Shown in pieces: positions 48,146 through 56,309 of a DNA stretch of 64,000 nucleotides. The stretch is from Candidatus Parcubacteria bacterium. GTDB taxonomy: Bacteria > Patescibacteriota > Minisyncoccia > Phycocordibacterales > JAKFXT01. The notes below the pieces were generated by a model. It had not been told where the DNA came from. It saw only the letters and a list, made by a program, of their open reading frames with translations, and searched no databases. The DNA is taken from assembly GCA_021414235.1 (NCBI GenBank), contig JAIOOV010000004.1, forward strand, positions 473,591 to 537,590, read 5' to 3'. The translations under genes were made by a program, and so were the position numbers. Position 1 is the first letter of the stretch, and every line of letters starts with the position of its first letter.

Positions 48146-49332
48146 GAGGCAGTATAGGGTTGCGGATAAGCAGCGCAGAACTCTCTCATGTAACGACCAT
48201 CGCGGCCTCTAAAATAACGCGCCATATCTGCGAGCCGGGTGAAGCAATCTCTCTGATCGCCCTCTTCCGGAATCACGCTGCAGTAACGTACCGAGGCATG
48301 GAAATCATTCTCCCCTCCCCAATAAAGCGAAGCGACTGCCTGAAAGGAGCAATCCCTCCTGCCATCTTCCGCTGGCGAGAGCGAGCACCACTCATACATC
48401 GTACGCATAGCCTCATCCGGAAGTGATGTCACCGCACGTACATCGCGAGAAGAGAGGATTACCGGGAACTCCTTACCGAAACCACCGAAGCAGGCGCGCC
48501 GATCCTCTCTCTGTGTGAGCGCGTCACAATAGGTCATGCCAATCCTGAAATCTTCCGCCTTCGGAGCTCCCAGATTGCCTCCGGCAGCCTCCATAAGATG
48601 CGGAGTGAGGTAGGTGTAGCAGAAGCCGCGCACATCCTTCGGCATGAAATCCGCGTCACAGGGATAGAGCGGATCTTCCTCCTTGAAATATTTCTTCGCC
48701 TTCTCCTCGCGGAGCTTAGGATCATGTACGCCGCCGGTCATCTCCATGATGGTGCCGCCGATGCACTCCTGGTATTCGTTCGCCTTGTTACCAGCAGATT
48801 CCCCCGCGCGCTTACAGAGCGGCACCGCCTGATCCAGTTCGTAATCCGTATATGCAAGCACGCCATGCCCCAGGCCGTGATAGCACATGTTGTACGCTCC
48901 GGCACCGCCGGGAGCCTTGCGACAGATCGCAGCCACCTTCTCGAGCACGGGCGGCCCGAACTCGAGAAGCGCGCCGATCACTACCGTATGCGAGCAGGCG
49001 TTGCGCAGATCAGGCGTGCAGTAGGCCATACCCTCGAGGCCATATTGCTTGTAGAGCTCATCCCCCACCGTATGTCCCACGAGATGCATGTCCACACCGG
49101 GGACAGAAGGCATGCGGATGAGCACCTGGTACGCATACGGAGCACCTTTGGCTTCGGCAAGATCCCGAAAGTATCGCGAGAGCTCGGGGAAGGAGCGTGG
49201 TGTCTGGAGTTCAGCGAGTTCCGGATATGAACCCGCGCTCGCAAAGAGAAGATAGCCCCCGAGAGAGAGATTCAGAAGGAGAAGGGCGGCAGCTGAAGAG
49301 AGAATCAGCCGGTACCGGAAGAGAGACCGCAT
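48127..49332 (-). CDS. Exported Cys/His-motif protein, paralogue C
   Basis: MHLVGH, ACSHT, CYHGLGHG, CIGGTIME; N-terminal TM helix. Confidence 0.85.
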   Translation of the reverse strand: MRSLFRYRLILSSAAALLLLNLSLGGYLLFASAGSYPELAELQTPRSFPELSRYFRDLAEAKGAPYAYQVLIRMPSVPGVDMHLVGHTVGDELYKQYGLEGMAYCTPDLRNACSHTVVIGALLEFGPPVLEKVAAICRKAPGGAGAYNMCYHGLGHGVLAYTDYELDQAVPLCKRAGESAGNKANEYQECIGGTIMEMTGGVHDPKLREEKAKKYFKEEDPLYPCDADFMPKDVRGFCYTYLTPHLMEAAGGNLGAPKAEDFRIGMTYCDALTQREDRRACFGGFGKEFPVILSSRDVRAVTSLPDEAMRTMYEWCSLSPAEDGRRDCSFQAVASLYWGGENDFHASVRYCSVIPEEGDQRDCFTRLADMARYFRGRDGRYMREFCAAYPQPYTASCAVTR

Positions 49333-49342
49333 CAAGAAGTGA

Positions 49343-49879
49343 TTACTCCGTCACGAAGATCATGCCAGAGGCGCTTACGGAAGATCCGCAGCCGTAGCCG
49401 TAGATGCCGCCATTCTGGGCAAATGCGACCTTGAACTCCTTGGTTTCTCCAGCAGGAACGGAGTACACGGAATCCTTATTGAAGGCGATGGTCTGCTCTA
49501 CCGTTGCCGTGTTCTTTATTTTAAGAGGCGCGCCTTTCTTTAGCGCGAGCACCACCGGCTTCACAGAACAACTCGTGCCGATCTCAAGCGCCGGGACCGT
49601 TTTAGCTGCAGAGACCACTACATCAAAGAATGCTTTCTGCTCTGCCGCCGTCGCATTCTGGGAAGGAGGCGTAAGCGCTTTCTTCTCCTCAGCAGAGAGC
49701 TCGTAGGAAGAGCCAGCGGGAAGATTCACCCCAGTAGAAGGAGTCTGCGGAGCGTTTGTCGAAGGATTCTGGGAGGTCGTGCCCGCAAGAGGCTTATAAT
49801 CCCGCACATAGATGAGATAACCGAGGACGACAGCGCCGACCGCAAGTACCCCGACGATGATCTTTAATGTTCGCTCCAT
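49343..49879 (-). CDS. Membrane-anchored protein with cupredoxin-like C-terminal domain
   Basis: CSVKPVVLALKKG...VPAGETKEF...GIYGYGCG...GMIFV. Confidence 0.65.
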   Translation of the reverse strand: MERTLKIIVGVLAVGAVVLGYLIYVRDYKPLAGTTSQNPSTNAPQTPSTGVNLPAGSSYELSAEEKKALTPPSQNATAAEQKAFFDVVVSAAKTVPALEIGTSCSVKPVVLALKKGAPLKIKNTATVEQTIAFNKDSVYSVPAGETKEFKVAFAQNGGIYGYGCGSSVSASGMIFVTE

Positions 49880-49937
49880 ATGATTATATTTATGATTACA
49901 GTGAGTATACTCCGTTCGACGTCTCCATTATCCCCAG

Positions 49938-50795
49938 TTAGATCTCCTCAAAAGCAGGATTGACCCGGCAATCCACCGTCTTCGAGGTATTAACTTCAGA
50001 ACCGTTGTAGCAACGTACTGTGTAGGTACTCGTCTCGGTGACATTCGGTACGGATACCGAACCGGATGTCCCTGTCTGGCTCACTCCTGGGCCCGTGACC
50101 GTGCAGGAAGTAGCATTCGTCGCTGACCAGGTGAAGCTGCAGGAAGCGCCTTTGTTGATCACGATGGAGGGAGCGGCAGGAACCGTGGTGATGGTGGGCG
50201 CCGTACAAGAGGATTCCGGCGGAGCCACGGTAGCGGAACACGCACCCGCACAGCTATACGTACCGTAGGTCACCGCGCCGCAGCTATTAGCGGCAGATGT
50301 ACAGACCTGTCCCTGGTTGGCAGAGCAATAAGAAGCTTGGTAGTAGCCCTGGGAGTAGTAGTAGCCTTGATAGTACCCCTGCGAGTAATAGTAAGGTTGG
50401 TAATACCCCTGAGAGTAGTAGTAGCCTTGGGAATAGTAGTAGCCTTCGTAATACCCCTGGTAGTAAGACTGGTAATAACTTTGATAATACGATTGATAGT
50501 ACCCTTGGTAGTAACCCTGGTAGTACCCCTGATAGTAGGATTGGTAGTAGCCTTGGTAATACCCCTCTGCATAAGAATCCCCCGAAGCCGGGAGTATGAC
50601 TCCTCCCTCCTCTCCATTCGGTGAGAGCGAGTTGTAATCAATCTCTGGAGACTGCGGACCAGAGCTCTTCTCCAAATACCCCAAACTTGCTAGAGAGATG
50701 ACGAGAAAGATTGCCACACTCGCAAAGGAAAGGAGCCTGCGCTCGCGGAGTAGGTTAGAAAATCTTTTATTTATTTCACGAAAAAAGTGCCTCAT
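49938..50795 (-). CDS. Exported Tyr/Gln-repeat protein, paralogue 1
   Basis: TM helix, conserved 30-aa segment, (YYQG/YYQS)n then (YYYSQG)n, Cys-rich segment, ends CRVNPAFEEI. Confidence 0.85.
   Translation of the reverse strand: MRHFFREINKRFSNLLRERRLLSFASVAIFLVISLASLGYLEKSSGPQSPEIDYNSLSPNGEEGGVILPASGDSYAEGYYQGYYQSYYQGYYQGYYQGYYQSYYQSYYQSYYQGYYEGYYYSQGYYYSQGYYQPYYYSQGYYQGYYYSQGYYQASYCSANQGQVCTSAANSCGAVTYGTYSCAGACSATVAPPESSCTAPTITTVPAAPSIVINKGASCSFTWSATNATSCTVTGPGVSQTGTSGSVSVPNVTETSTYTVRCYNGSEVNTSKTVDCRVNPAFEEI
50221..50345. repeat. 125-bp exact direct repeat (with 51141-51265)
   Basis: Read base by base; identical including third codon positions. Confidence 0.9.
50571..50660. repeat. 90-bp direct repeat (with 51551-51640; 2 mismatches)
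   Basis: Encodes GPQSPEIDYNSLSPNGEEGGVILPASGDSY in both paralogues. Confidence 0.9.
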
Positions 50796-50857
50796 CGTAC
50801 GTCTTTTATTGTAGCACTATGTAAACCCCCCTGACACCAGCGAGGTACGTCCAATTC

Positions 50858-51775
50858 TTAGATTTCTTCAAAAGTCGGATTGACCTGGCAGTTCACCGTC
50901 TTTGTGGTATTCACCATGGAGCCATTGTAACAACGCACTTGGTAGCTTCTCGATTGCGTGATATCAGGGACAGACACTGAGCCCGAAAGACCAGTGGAAT
51001 TCACCCCAGGACCGGTCACGACGCAAGAAGTAGCATTAGCACTGCTCCAGCTAAAGCTGCAAGCATCGCCTCTATTGATGACGATTGTCGGAGAAGGAGG
51101 CGCAACAGTGATAACTGGGACGACGCAGGAAGATTCCGCAGGAGCCACGGTAGCGGAACACGCACCCGCACAGCTATACGTACCGTAGGTCACCGCGCCG
51201 CAGCTATTAGCGGCAGATGTACAGACCTGTCCCTGGTTGGCAGAGCAATAAGAAGCTTGGTAGTAACCTTGATAATAACCTTGATACGCCGCTTGATAGG
51301 CGGACTGGTAATAGCTCTGGTAGTAGGATTGATAAGCAGCCTCATATCCAGCTTGGTAATACCCTTCGTAATAAGGCTGATAGTAGCTCTCGTACGTAGA
51401 CTGATATTGGCTCTGGTAATACGCCTCGTAGGTCGACTGGTACTGGCTTTGATAGTAACCCTCGTACGTAGACTGATATTGGCTCTGGTAATACGCCTCG
51501 TAGGTCGACTGGTACTGGCTCTGGTAATAGCTTTGGTAAGCAGCTTCAAAATAAGAATCCCCCGAAGCCGGGAGTATGACTCCCCCCTCCTCACCATTCG
51601 GTGAGAGCGAGTTGTAATCAATCTCTGGAGACTGCGGACCGTTATCAATCGGCTGAAGGTAGCTCAAGGCGGAAATCACAGCCAAAACCAGAGCCAATAC
51701 CGCCAGAAAGAGCAACTTCCGATCACACAGCAAAGCGCCCATATTACGCCGCCATCTCTTAAGAAGGTACTTCAT
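50858..51775 (-). CDS. Exported Tyr/Gln-repeat protein, paralogue 2
   Basis: Same architecture; 12-aa units YE(A/G)YYQSQYQST; ends CQVNPTFEEI. Confidence 0.85.
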   Translation of the reverse strand: MKYLLKRWRRNMGALLCDRKLLFLAVLALVLAVISALSYLQPIDNGPQSPEIDYNSLSPNGEEGGVILPASGDSYFEAAYQSYYQSQYQSTYEAYYQSQYQSTYEGYYQSQYQSTYEAYYQSQYQSTYESYYQPYYEGYYQAGYEAAYQSYYQSYYQSAYQAAYQGYYQGYYQASYCSANQGQVCTSAANSCGAVTYGTYSCAGACSATVAPAESSCVVPVITVAPPSPTIVINRGDACSFSWSSANATSCVVTGPGVNSTGLSGSVSVPDITQSRSYQVRCYNGSMVNTTKTVNCQVNPTFEEI

Positions 51776-51784
51776 CCTATTTTG

Positions 51785-52609
51785 TTACTGAATCGCACTT
51801 AAGTCTGCCCCAGAGAGGAGTAGAAGATTTTTCTCTACAGAGCGCAGAGAACCCGCAAGACCTTGTGGATGATATCGAGCGTCGTTCCCAGGGTACGCCC
51901 TACCCCACTCCTCTGGCGTCATGGCTTTGAAACCAGCAAGAGCTTTCTCCAGGGCACTACGAGCCTCTTCCCTCTCTCCGAGATTAAGGAGCGCAACACC
52001 AAGAGAGTTCTGAAGCCAAGGATTCTCCGGATGATAAGAAAGGGCCTTTTCTGCAACCGTAAGGACATCCTTATAGCGACCCTGCCGAAAATAGATCCAA
52101 CAGAGGTCATTCGCTCCCGCCCAGCTCTCCGGTTCCAATTCCAGATACCTAGCGAAGTCACCCTCTGCCTCCGAGAGATTATTCCTATATCCGTACACAA
52201 GCCCACGCATGTAATAAGCGTTGTGGATGGAAGAATCCAGCCGCAGGGTCTCGTTTATAGCCTCGATAGCTTTGCTATAACGCCCCTGAAAGAAATAAAC
52301 CCGGGAGAGACCGAAATGGATATATCCCGGCTCTGGATACCCTAAGTCGAGAGCCCTCTTATAAAGTTCCTCTGCCTTCTTTAGGTCATGAGCATTCTCT
52401 CCGAGATAAAAATTACCCGCGCGATAGGCTAAGCTAGCATCCTCCGGCGCAAGCGCGAGAGCTACGGCAGGCATATGTAGCCTCTCCATAAACACATGGG
52501 CCCACAAGGGTCGATGGAAATCGACATAGGAATAGAGGCTCTTCCAACTAAGAAGAGTCGTGAGAGCGAGGAGAAGACCAAGGAGGCAAAGAACCGCACG
52601 CAGGCGCAT
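51785..52609 (-). CDS. Membrane-anchored tetratricopeptide repeat protein
   Basis: Several TPR units (AYYMRGLVY, LQNSLGVALLNLGEREEA). Confidence 0.85.
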   Translation of the reverse strand: MRLRAVLCLLGLLLALTTLLSWKSLYSYVDFHRPLWAHVFMERLHMPAVALALAPEDASLAYRAGNFYLGENAHDLKKAEELYKRALDLGYPEPGYIHFGLSRVYFFQGRYSKAIEAINETLRLDSSIHNAYYMRGLVYGYRNNLSEAEGDFARYLELEPESWAGANDLCWIYFRQGRYKDVLTVAEKALSYHPENPWLQNSLGVALLNLGEREEARSALEKALAGFKAMTPEEWGRAYPGNDARYHPQGLAGSLRSVEKNLLLLSGADLSAIQ

Positions 52610-52652
52610 AGATATGAATATTGTATAGTAAGGACGCTAAGCGCCCAAGCCG

Positions 52653-54119
52653 ATGAATACCCAGTATCAAAGAGAAGACCCGCGCAGACTTGAGGTTGCG
52701 ATCCGTACAAAAGATTTTGCTTCTCTCTATGTGAAATCTTACTGGAAACGAAGTTTCCTAGAAGCCCTCCTTGGGACCCTGGAGGAACGTCTCGGGATAG
52801 AAATCTTGACCAAAGTACCGGAGAATCTTCGTGATGTTCACCTGCTGATATTCAAGAACCTGACAATCATAGAAAAATTGAGGAGACAGGGAATATTAGA
52901 GAAGGTCGAAGTCCTTAATCCTCCACCAGATGAGCCCCCTCTATACCGCGTTCATACAAAGGGCCATCTTCGCGCCTCCGGTGCAAGCTTCCTTGATCCT
53001 GAAAAAGCCCTGTGGAGCGCGCTCGGGGAGTGCGTCGAACGCTCTCTATGGTCAGGCTCTTCGGAATGGTACGAAAAGAAGATCAAGGTCTCTTCGTATA
53101 AAGAGCTTCCTGGGGATAAGATAGACCCCCGCTCAATTACTGGTTTCTCCGAGGAACAGAAGAGCTTGGATCCGATGCTACAAGTGGATGAATCGACAGT
53201 TCTCGGCTGGGTACAAGCCAAAGAAAAAATCTCCGGAAAGATGATCTGGGTACCTCTCCAGCTTTTCAGCGCCGAATATTGCCAGAAGAGACAGAAGTCT
53301 CCTGAACGACCGGAAAACGTCGAGCCACTTCTCCGTTCCGCCGTAACCACAGGACTCGCGACTTCTTCACATAGCCACGAAGAAGCCGTCCTCTACGGGG
53401 CATTGGAAGCGATCGAACGCGATGCTTTCATGATCTGCTGGCTCAAACGCCTCTCGCCTCCTCGCATCGATATCAATCACCTCGCCGAACAAGACGATGA
53501 TCTGAAAAGCATTCTTGATTCCCTGGCTCGCTACCACCTCCGTGCAGAACTGCTTCTACTTCCGACTGATTTTCCTTTCCTGGTCATCGCAGCCGTTCTG
53601 CTCGATGAAAGCGGAAAGGGGCCGGCGTTTACTATGGGCGCAAAGGCGCATTGGGATATGAAAACCGCCATCCTTGGAGCCCTCTCTGAAGCCGCTAGCG
53701 TACGCTTTTCTCTTAAAACCGCATACGAAGCCCCTGTGGACATGAAGAAGGTCGGTCGCAAGGAGCGCTTGATCTATTGGGCAAAGGAGGAAAACACCCC
53801 GAAACGCAGCTTTCTTACACAGGGGGAAATAAGAAAGATCACTCTAGAAGAGAATAAGAGTGATACTGGCACAGAATCTCTCCGACTGTCGGAAGCCTTG
53901 AGAAATAAGAAATATCCATTGTATGAAGTCGAGATAAGTTCCGAAGCAAGCCGTAGAAGCGGTTTTCGTTCAGTCTGTGTGCATATCCCTGACCTGCAGC
54001 CGATGCATCTCGACGAGCGAGTTCCCGCTCTCGCCGGAAAACGCCTGGCAGAGATTCCCTCTCTCCTCGGATACGAACCCGCCAAAGAAATGAATCCTGA
54101 ACCCCACCCCTTTCCATGA
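52653..54119 (+). CDS. YcaO-family cyclodehydratase
   Basis: SALGECVER, TTGLA...EEAVLYGALEAIERDAF, GALSEA, C-terminal NPEPHPFP (PxP tail typical of azoline-forming YcaOs). Confidence 0.93.
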   Translation: MNTQYQREDPRRLEVAIRTKDFASLYVKSYWKRSFLEALLGTLEERLGIEILTKVPENLRDVHLLIFKNLTIIEKLRRQGILEKVEVLNPPPDEPPLYRVHTKGHLRASGASFLDPEKALWSALGECVERSLWSGSSEWYEKKIKVSSYKELPGDKIDPRSITGFSEEQKSLDPMLQVDESTVLGWVQAKEKISGKMIWVPLQLFSAEYCQKRQKSPERPENVEPLLRSAVTTGLATSSHSHEEAVLYGALEAIERDAFMICWLKRLSPPRIDINHLAEQDDDLKSILDSLARYHLRAELLLLPTDFPFLVIAAVLLDESGKGPAFTMGAKAHWDMKTAILGALSEAASVRFSLKTAYEAPVDMKKVGRKERLIYWAKEENTPKRSFLTQGEIRKITLEENKSDTGTESLRLSEALRNKKYPLYEVEISSEASRRSGFRSVCVHIPDLQPMHLDERVPALAGKRLAEIPSLLGYEPAKEMNPEPHPFP

Positions 54120-54874
54120 ATAACCATTTCGCCAAGCGGTTCCATCATCAAGCCATCGCGAACTGGCGTCTACCCAAAACTCGCGATGCCAAGAATCCGA
54201 TCCCCAGGGAAGATATCTTATTCAAGACATACCCTCGCTCTGAAAACACGGCGCTCGCCGAGCCGCTTCCCCTCAGCCATACACTCGAGAAAACCCTCTC
54301 CGAGCGGAAGACGACGCGCTCCTTCGATCCAGTCTCCGCCGTCAGTTTCCAAGAACTCTCTTCCCTGCTCTTCTGGAGCGCCGGACTTAGAGAGAACCGT
54401 ACAGACCCACAACAGAGCAAACGGTTCTATCCATCCGCGGGAGAACGTTATCCGCTAGAGATATATATAGCTGCGCGCAACGTCGATGGCTTGCCTAAAG
54501 GCCTGTATCACTTCAATCTCCTCAAGAACTCTCTGGAGAAGATAGGTGGTGAGGAATACTGCGATAATTTTCAAAAAAACCTCGGGTACGAATGGTCTAG
54601 GGATACCGCAGTAGCCATCCTCATCACCGGAGTATGGGAGCGGACTTTCTCAAAATACGGGGATTTCGGATATCGGCTCATATGTACAGAAGCCGGACAT
54701 GTGGCGCAAAATCTACAGCTCATAGCCCAATCCCTTGGTCTGGACTATGCCTCTATCGCAGGGTTCAAAGAAAAAGAGATGGATACCCTCCTAAATCTGG
54801 ACTCGGATAAAGAATCATCTCTCTACCTGACCCTCATAGGAAAAGCTACACCTTCCACCCGAACGAACGCATGA
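54116..54874 (+). CDS. SagB/ThcOx-family FMN-dependent dehydrogenase
   Basis: ERKTTRSF, RFYPSAGERYPLEIY, KYGDFGYRL, EAGHVAQN; ATGA overlap with the YcaO gene. Confidence 0.93.
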   Translation: MNNHFAKRFHHQAIANWRLPKTRDAKNPIPREDILFKTYPRSENTALAEPLPLSHTLEKTLSERKTTRSFDPVSAVSFQELSSLLFWSAGLRENRTDPQQSKRFYPSAGERYPLEIYIAARNVDGLPKGLYHFNLLKNSLEKIGGEEYCDNFQKNLGYEWSRDTAVAILITGVWERTFSKYGDFGYRLICTEAGHVAQNLQLIAQSLGLDYASIAGFKEKEMDTLLNLDSDKESSLYLTLIGKATPSTRTNA

Positions 54875-55940
54875 GTGCGGCGAACTCTTCATCTACCAGA
54901 GAAATACGTTCTACATTAAGCCGCGTCTGTACATCGGACAGAGCCTCTTTGCTTGCCAGGTACTTATAGAAACGCTCGTTGCGATACGCAGGATCAGAGA
55001 ACGGCGCAAGGAGGACGGATATCTCTCCCGCTTTTGACTTTCCATACTGTTGAGAAAGATACAGGGCGTATTGATACCCTGTCCAAATGCGCTGATCACG
55101 GTTACCCTCCGTCAGATTCCACGCCTCTTTATAGAGAGCCTCTGCTTCAGCTGCATGATCTTCGCCTGTGAGAGTAGCGATGCCGAGCAGGATAGCCTGT
55201 CGCGTGATGCGCGCGGAAAGCACGGAATTATCGAAGCCCAAGGTACGGGCTGCGATGAGTTCATCGTTGCCTATGCGTATCGCCTCGTGCACCTGGTTCC
55301 ACAGAGACTTAAGATTTTCTTCATCCGCGCTCGTACGAGCCTGCCTCACACTGAGCGCAAGGATCTCAGGGAAGGATTTATCAAAAGAAATACGGAAGAG
55401 AGAGACAGCCGTAGGATAAAAAGAGCTTGCATACTCCGAGAGTCGAGTATATGCCGCCTCAATATTCCCATTGGAGTTGAAGGCAGAGTACGGGGTCTTG
55501 TCGAAGACGTATTTCGAATATTCCGGATCTTTGTTATTAGCCAAGTAAAGCTCGCCCATAAGCTGGATAGACCAAGCGCGAATGATGTCCGCATAATTCT
55601 CATTGGCAGCCACCTCTCGGAGCGTAGCTATAGAACTCTGATATTCCTTAGCGAGTCCCTGAGCATACCCCACATTATATTTGATATACCCTTCTTGATT
55701 GAGATCCTGGGCATCAAGCAATGCCGCTTGGAAGAAGGGAATAGCTTTAGAGAATTCACGGGCCTTCATGTGCGCAAGACCTTTTTTGAAATCCGCATTC
55801 TGCTCCCTAACATACGTCACCGTATTCGGCTTCACAGAGGGTTCTTGCGATTGAGCATAAAGATAATAAATACTCCCCAAGAAGAGAACTAGGAGCAAGG
55901 CGCCGATAATAGTGCGGGATGTGAGATAAGAGCGAAGCAT
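54846..55940 (-). CDS. Membrane-anchored TPR-like helical protein
   Basis: N-terminal TM helix; FKKGLAHMKAREFSKAIPFF and IKYNVGYAQG TPR-like units. Confidence 0.75.
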   Translation of the reverse strand: MLRSYLTSRTIIGALLLVLFLGSIYYLYAQSQEPSVKPNTVTYVREQNADFKKGLAHMKAREFSKAIPFFQAALLDAQDLNQEGYIKYNVGYAQGLAKEYQSSIATLREVAANENYADIIRAWSIQLMGELYLANNKDPEYSKYVFDKTPYSAFNSNGNIEAAYTRLSEYASSFYPTAVSLFRISFDKSFPEILALSVRQARTSADEENLKSLWNQVHEAIRIGNDELIAARTLGFDNSVLSARITRQAILLGIATLTGEDHAAEAEALYKEAWNLTEGNRDQRIWTGYQYALYLSQQYGKSKAGEISVLLAPFSDPAYRNERFYKYLASKEALSDVQTRLNVERISLVDEEFAALMRSFGWKV

Positions 55941-55943
55941 GAT

Positions 55944-56201
55944 TTAGGAACCACCGCACCCCTCGCAACCACAGCCATCGGCGCTACCGCCGCCATCCCC
56001 TCCACCTGAACACTCACAATCCTTCCCGCCTCCCTGCGCAAGCACTGAGGAAATCTTCTGTTCGCTCCAGAAGGAAGCATCTCCATTCGACCTATCAAGC
56101 GCCGCATGAAACATGAAAGCGGCGCTTACCCCCGCCACGACGCCCAACCCCTTCATAATTGTAGAGAAAAAGTTCTTCACGTATGCAATTAATATTAGCA
56201 C
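55944..56201 (-). CDS. Small Gly/Ser/Cys-rich peptide, candidate azol(in)e RiPP precursor
   Basis: Hydrophobic N-terminal segment, ISSVLAQ, then GGGKDCECSGGGDGGGSADGCGCEGCGGS; start GTG 56201 or ATG 56156; stop 3 bp before the TPR gene. Confidence 0.7.
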   Translation of the reverse strand: MLILIAYVKNFFSTIMKGLGVVAGVSAAFMFHAALDRSNGDASFWSEQKISSVLAQGGGKDCECSGGGDGGGSADGCGCEGCGGS

Positions 56202-56242
56202 CCTGCTTCAAGAAGCTTTGTTGATAACTCCCCTTTAATGTA

Positions 56243-56271
56243 TTGACATAATTGTTTATATACTATATAAT
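56243..56271 (+). promoter_or_regulatory. Consensus sigma70 promoter
   Basis: TTGACA-17 bp-TATAAT, followed by an AGGAGG RBS of the 56310 ORF. Confidence 0.8.
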
Positions 56272-56309
56272 TTAATTCGAACTAAGCATCCGCAGACCAG
56301 GAGGTCACC

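Noticed and set aside
50338-51555. Possible CRISPR array in the short periodic repeats
   Set aside because: The repeats are in-frame coding units without unique spacers; no cas genes.
50221-51640. Possible diversity-generating retroelement template/variable repeat pair
   Set aside because: No reverse transcriptase in the window, and the repeats are essentially identical, without multiple adenine-specific substitutions.
52653-54119. YcaO as a thioamide-forming or RimO-associated enzyme
   Set aside because: No TfuA gene nearby; the coupled SagB dehydrogenase and Pro-rich C-terminus favour azol(in)e formation.
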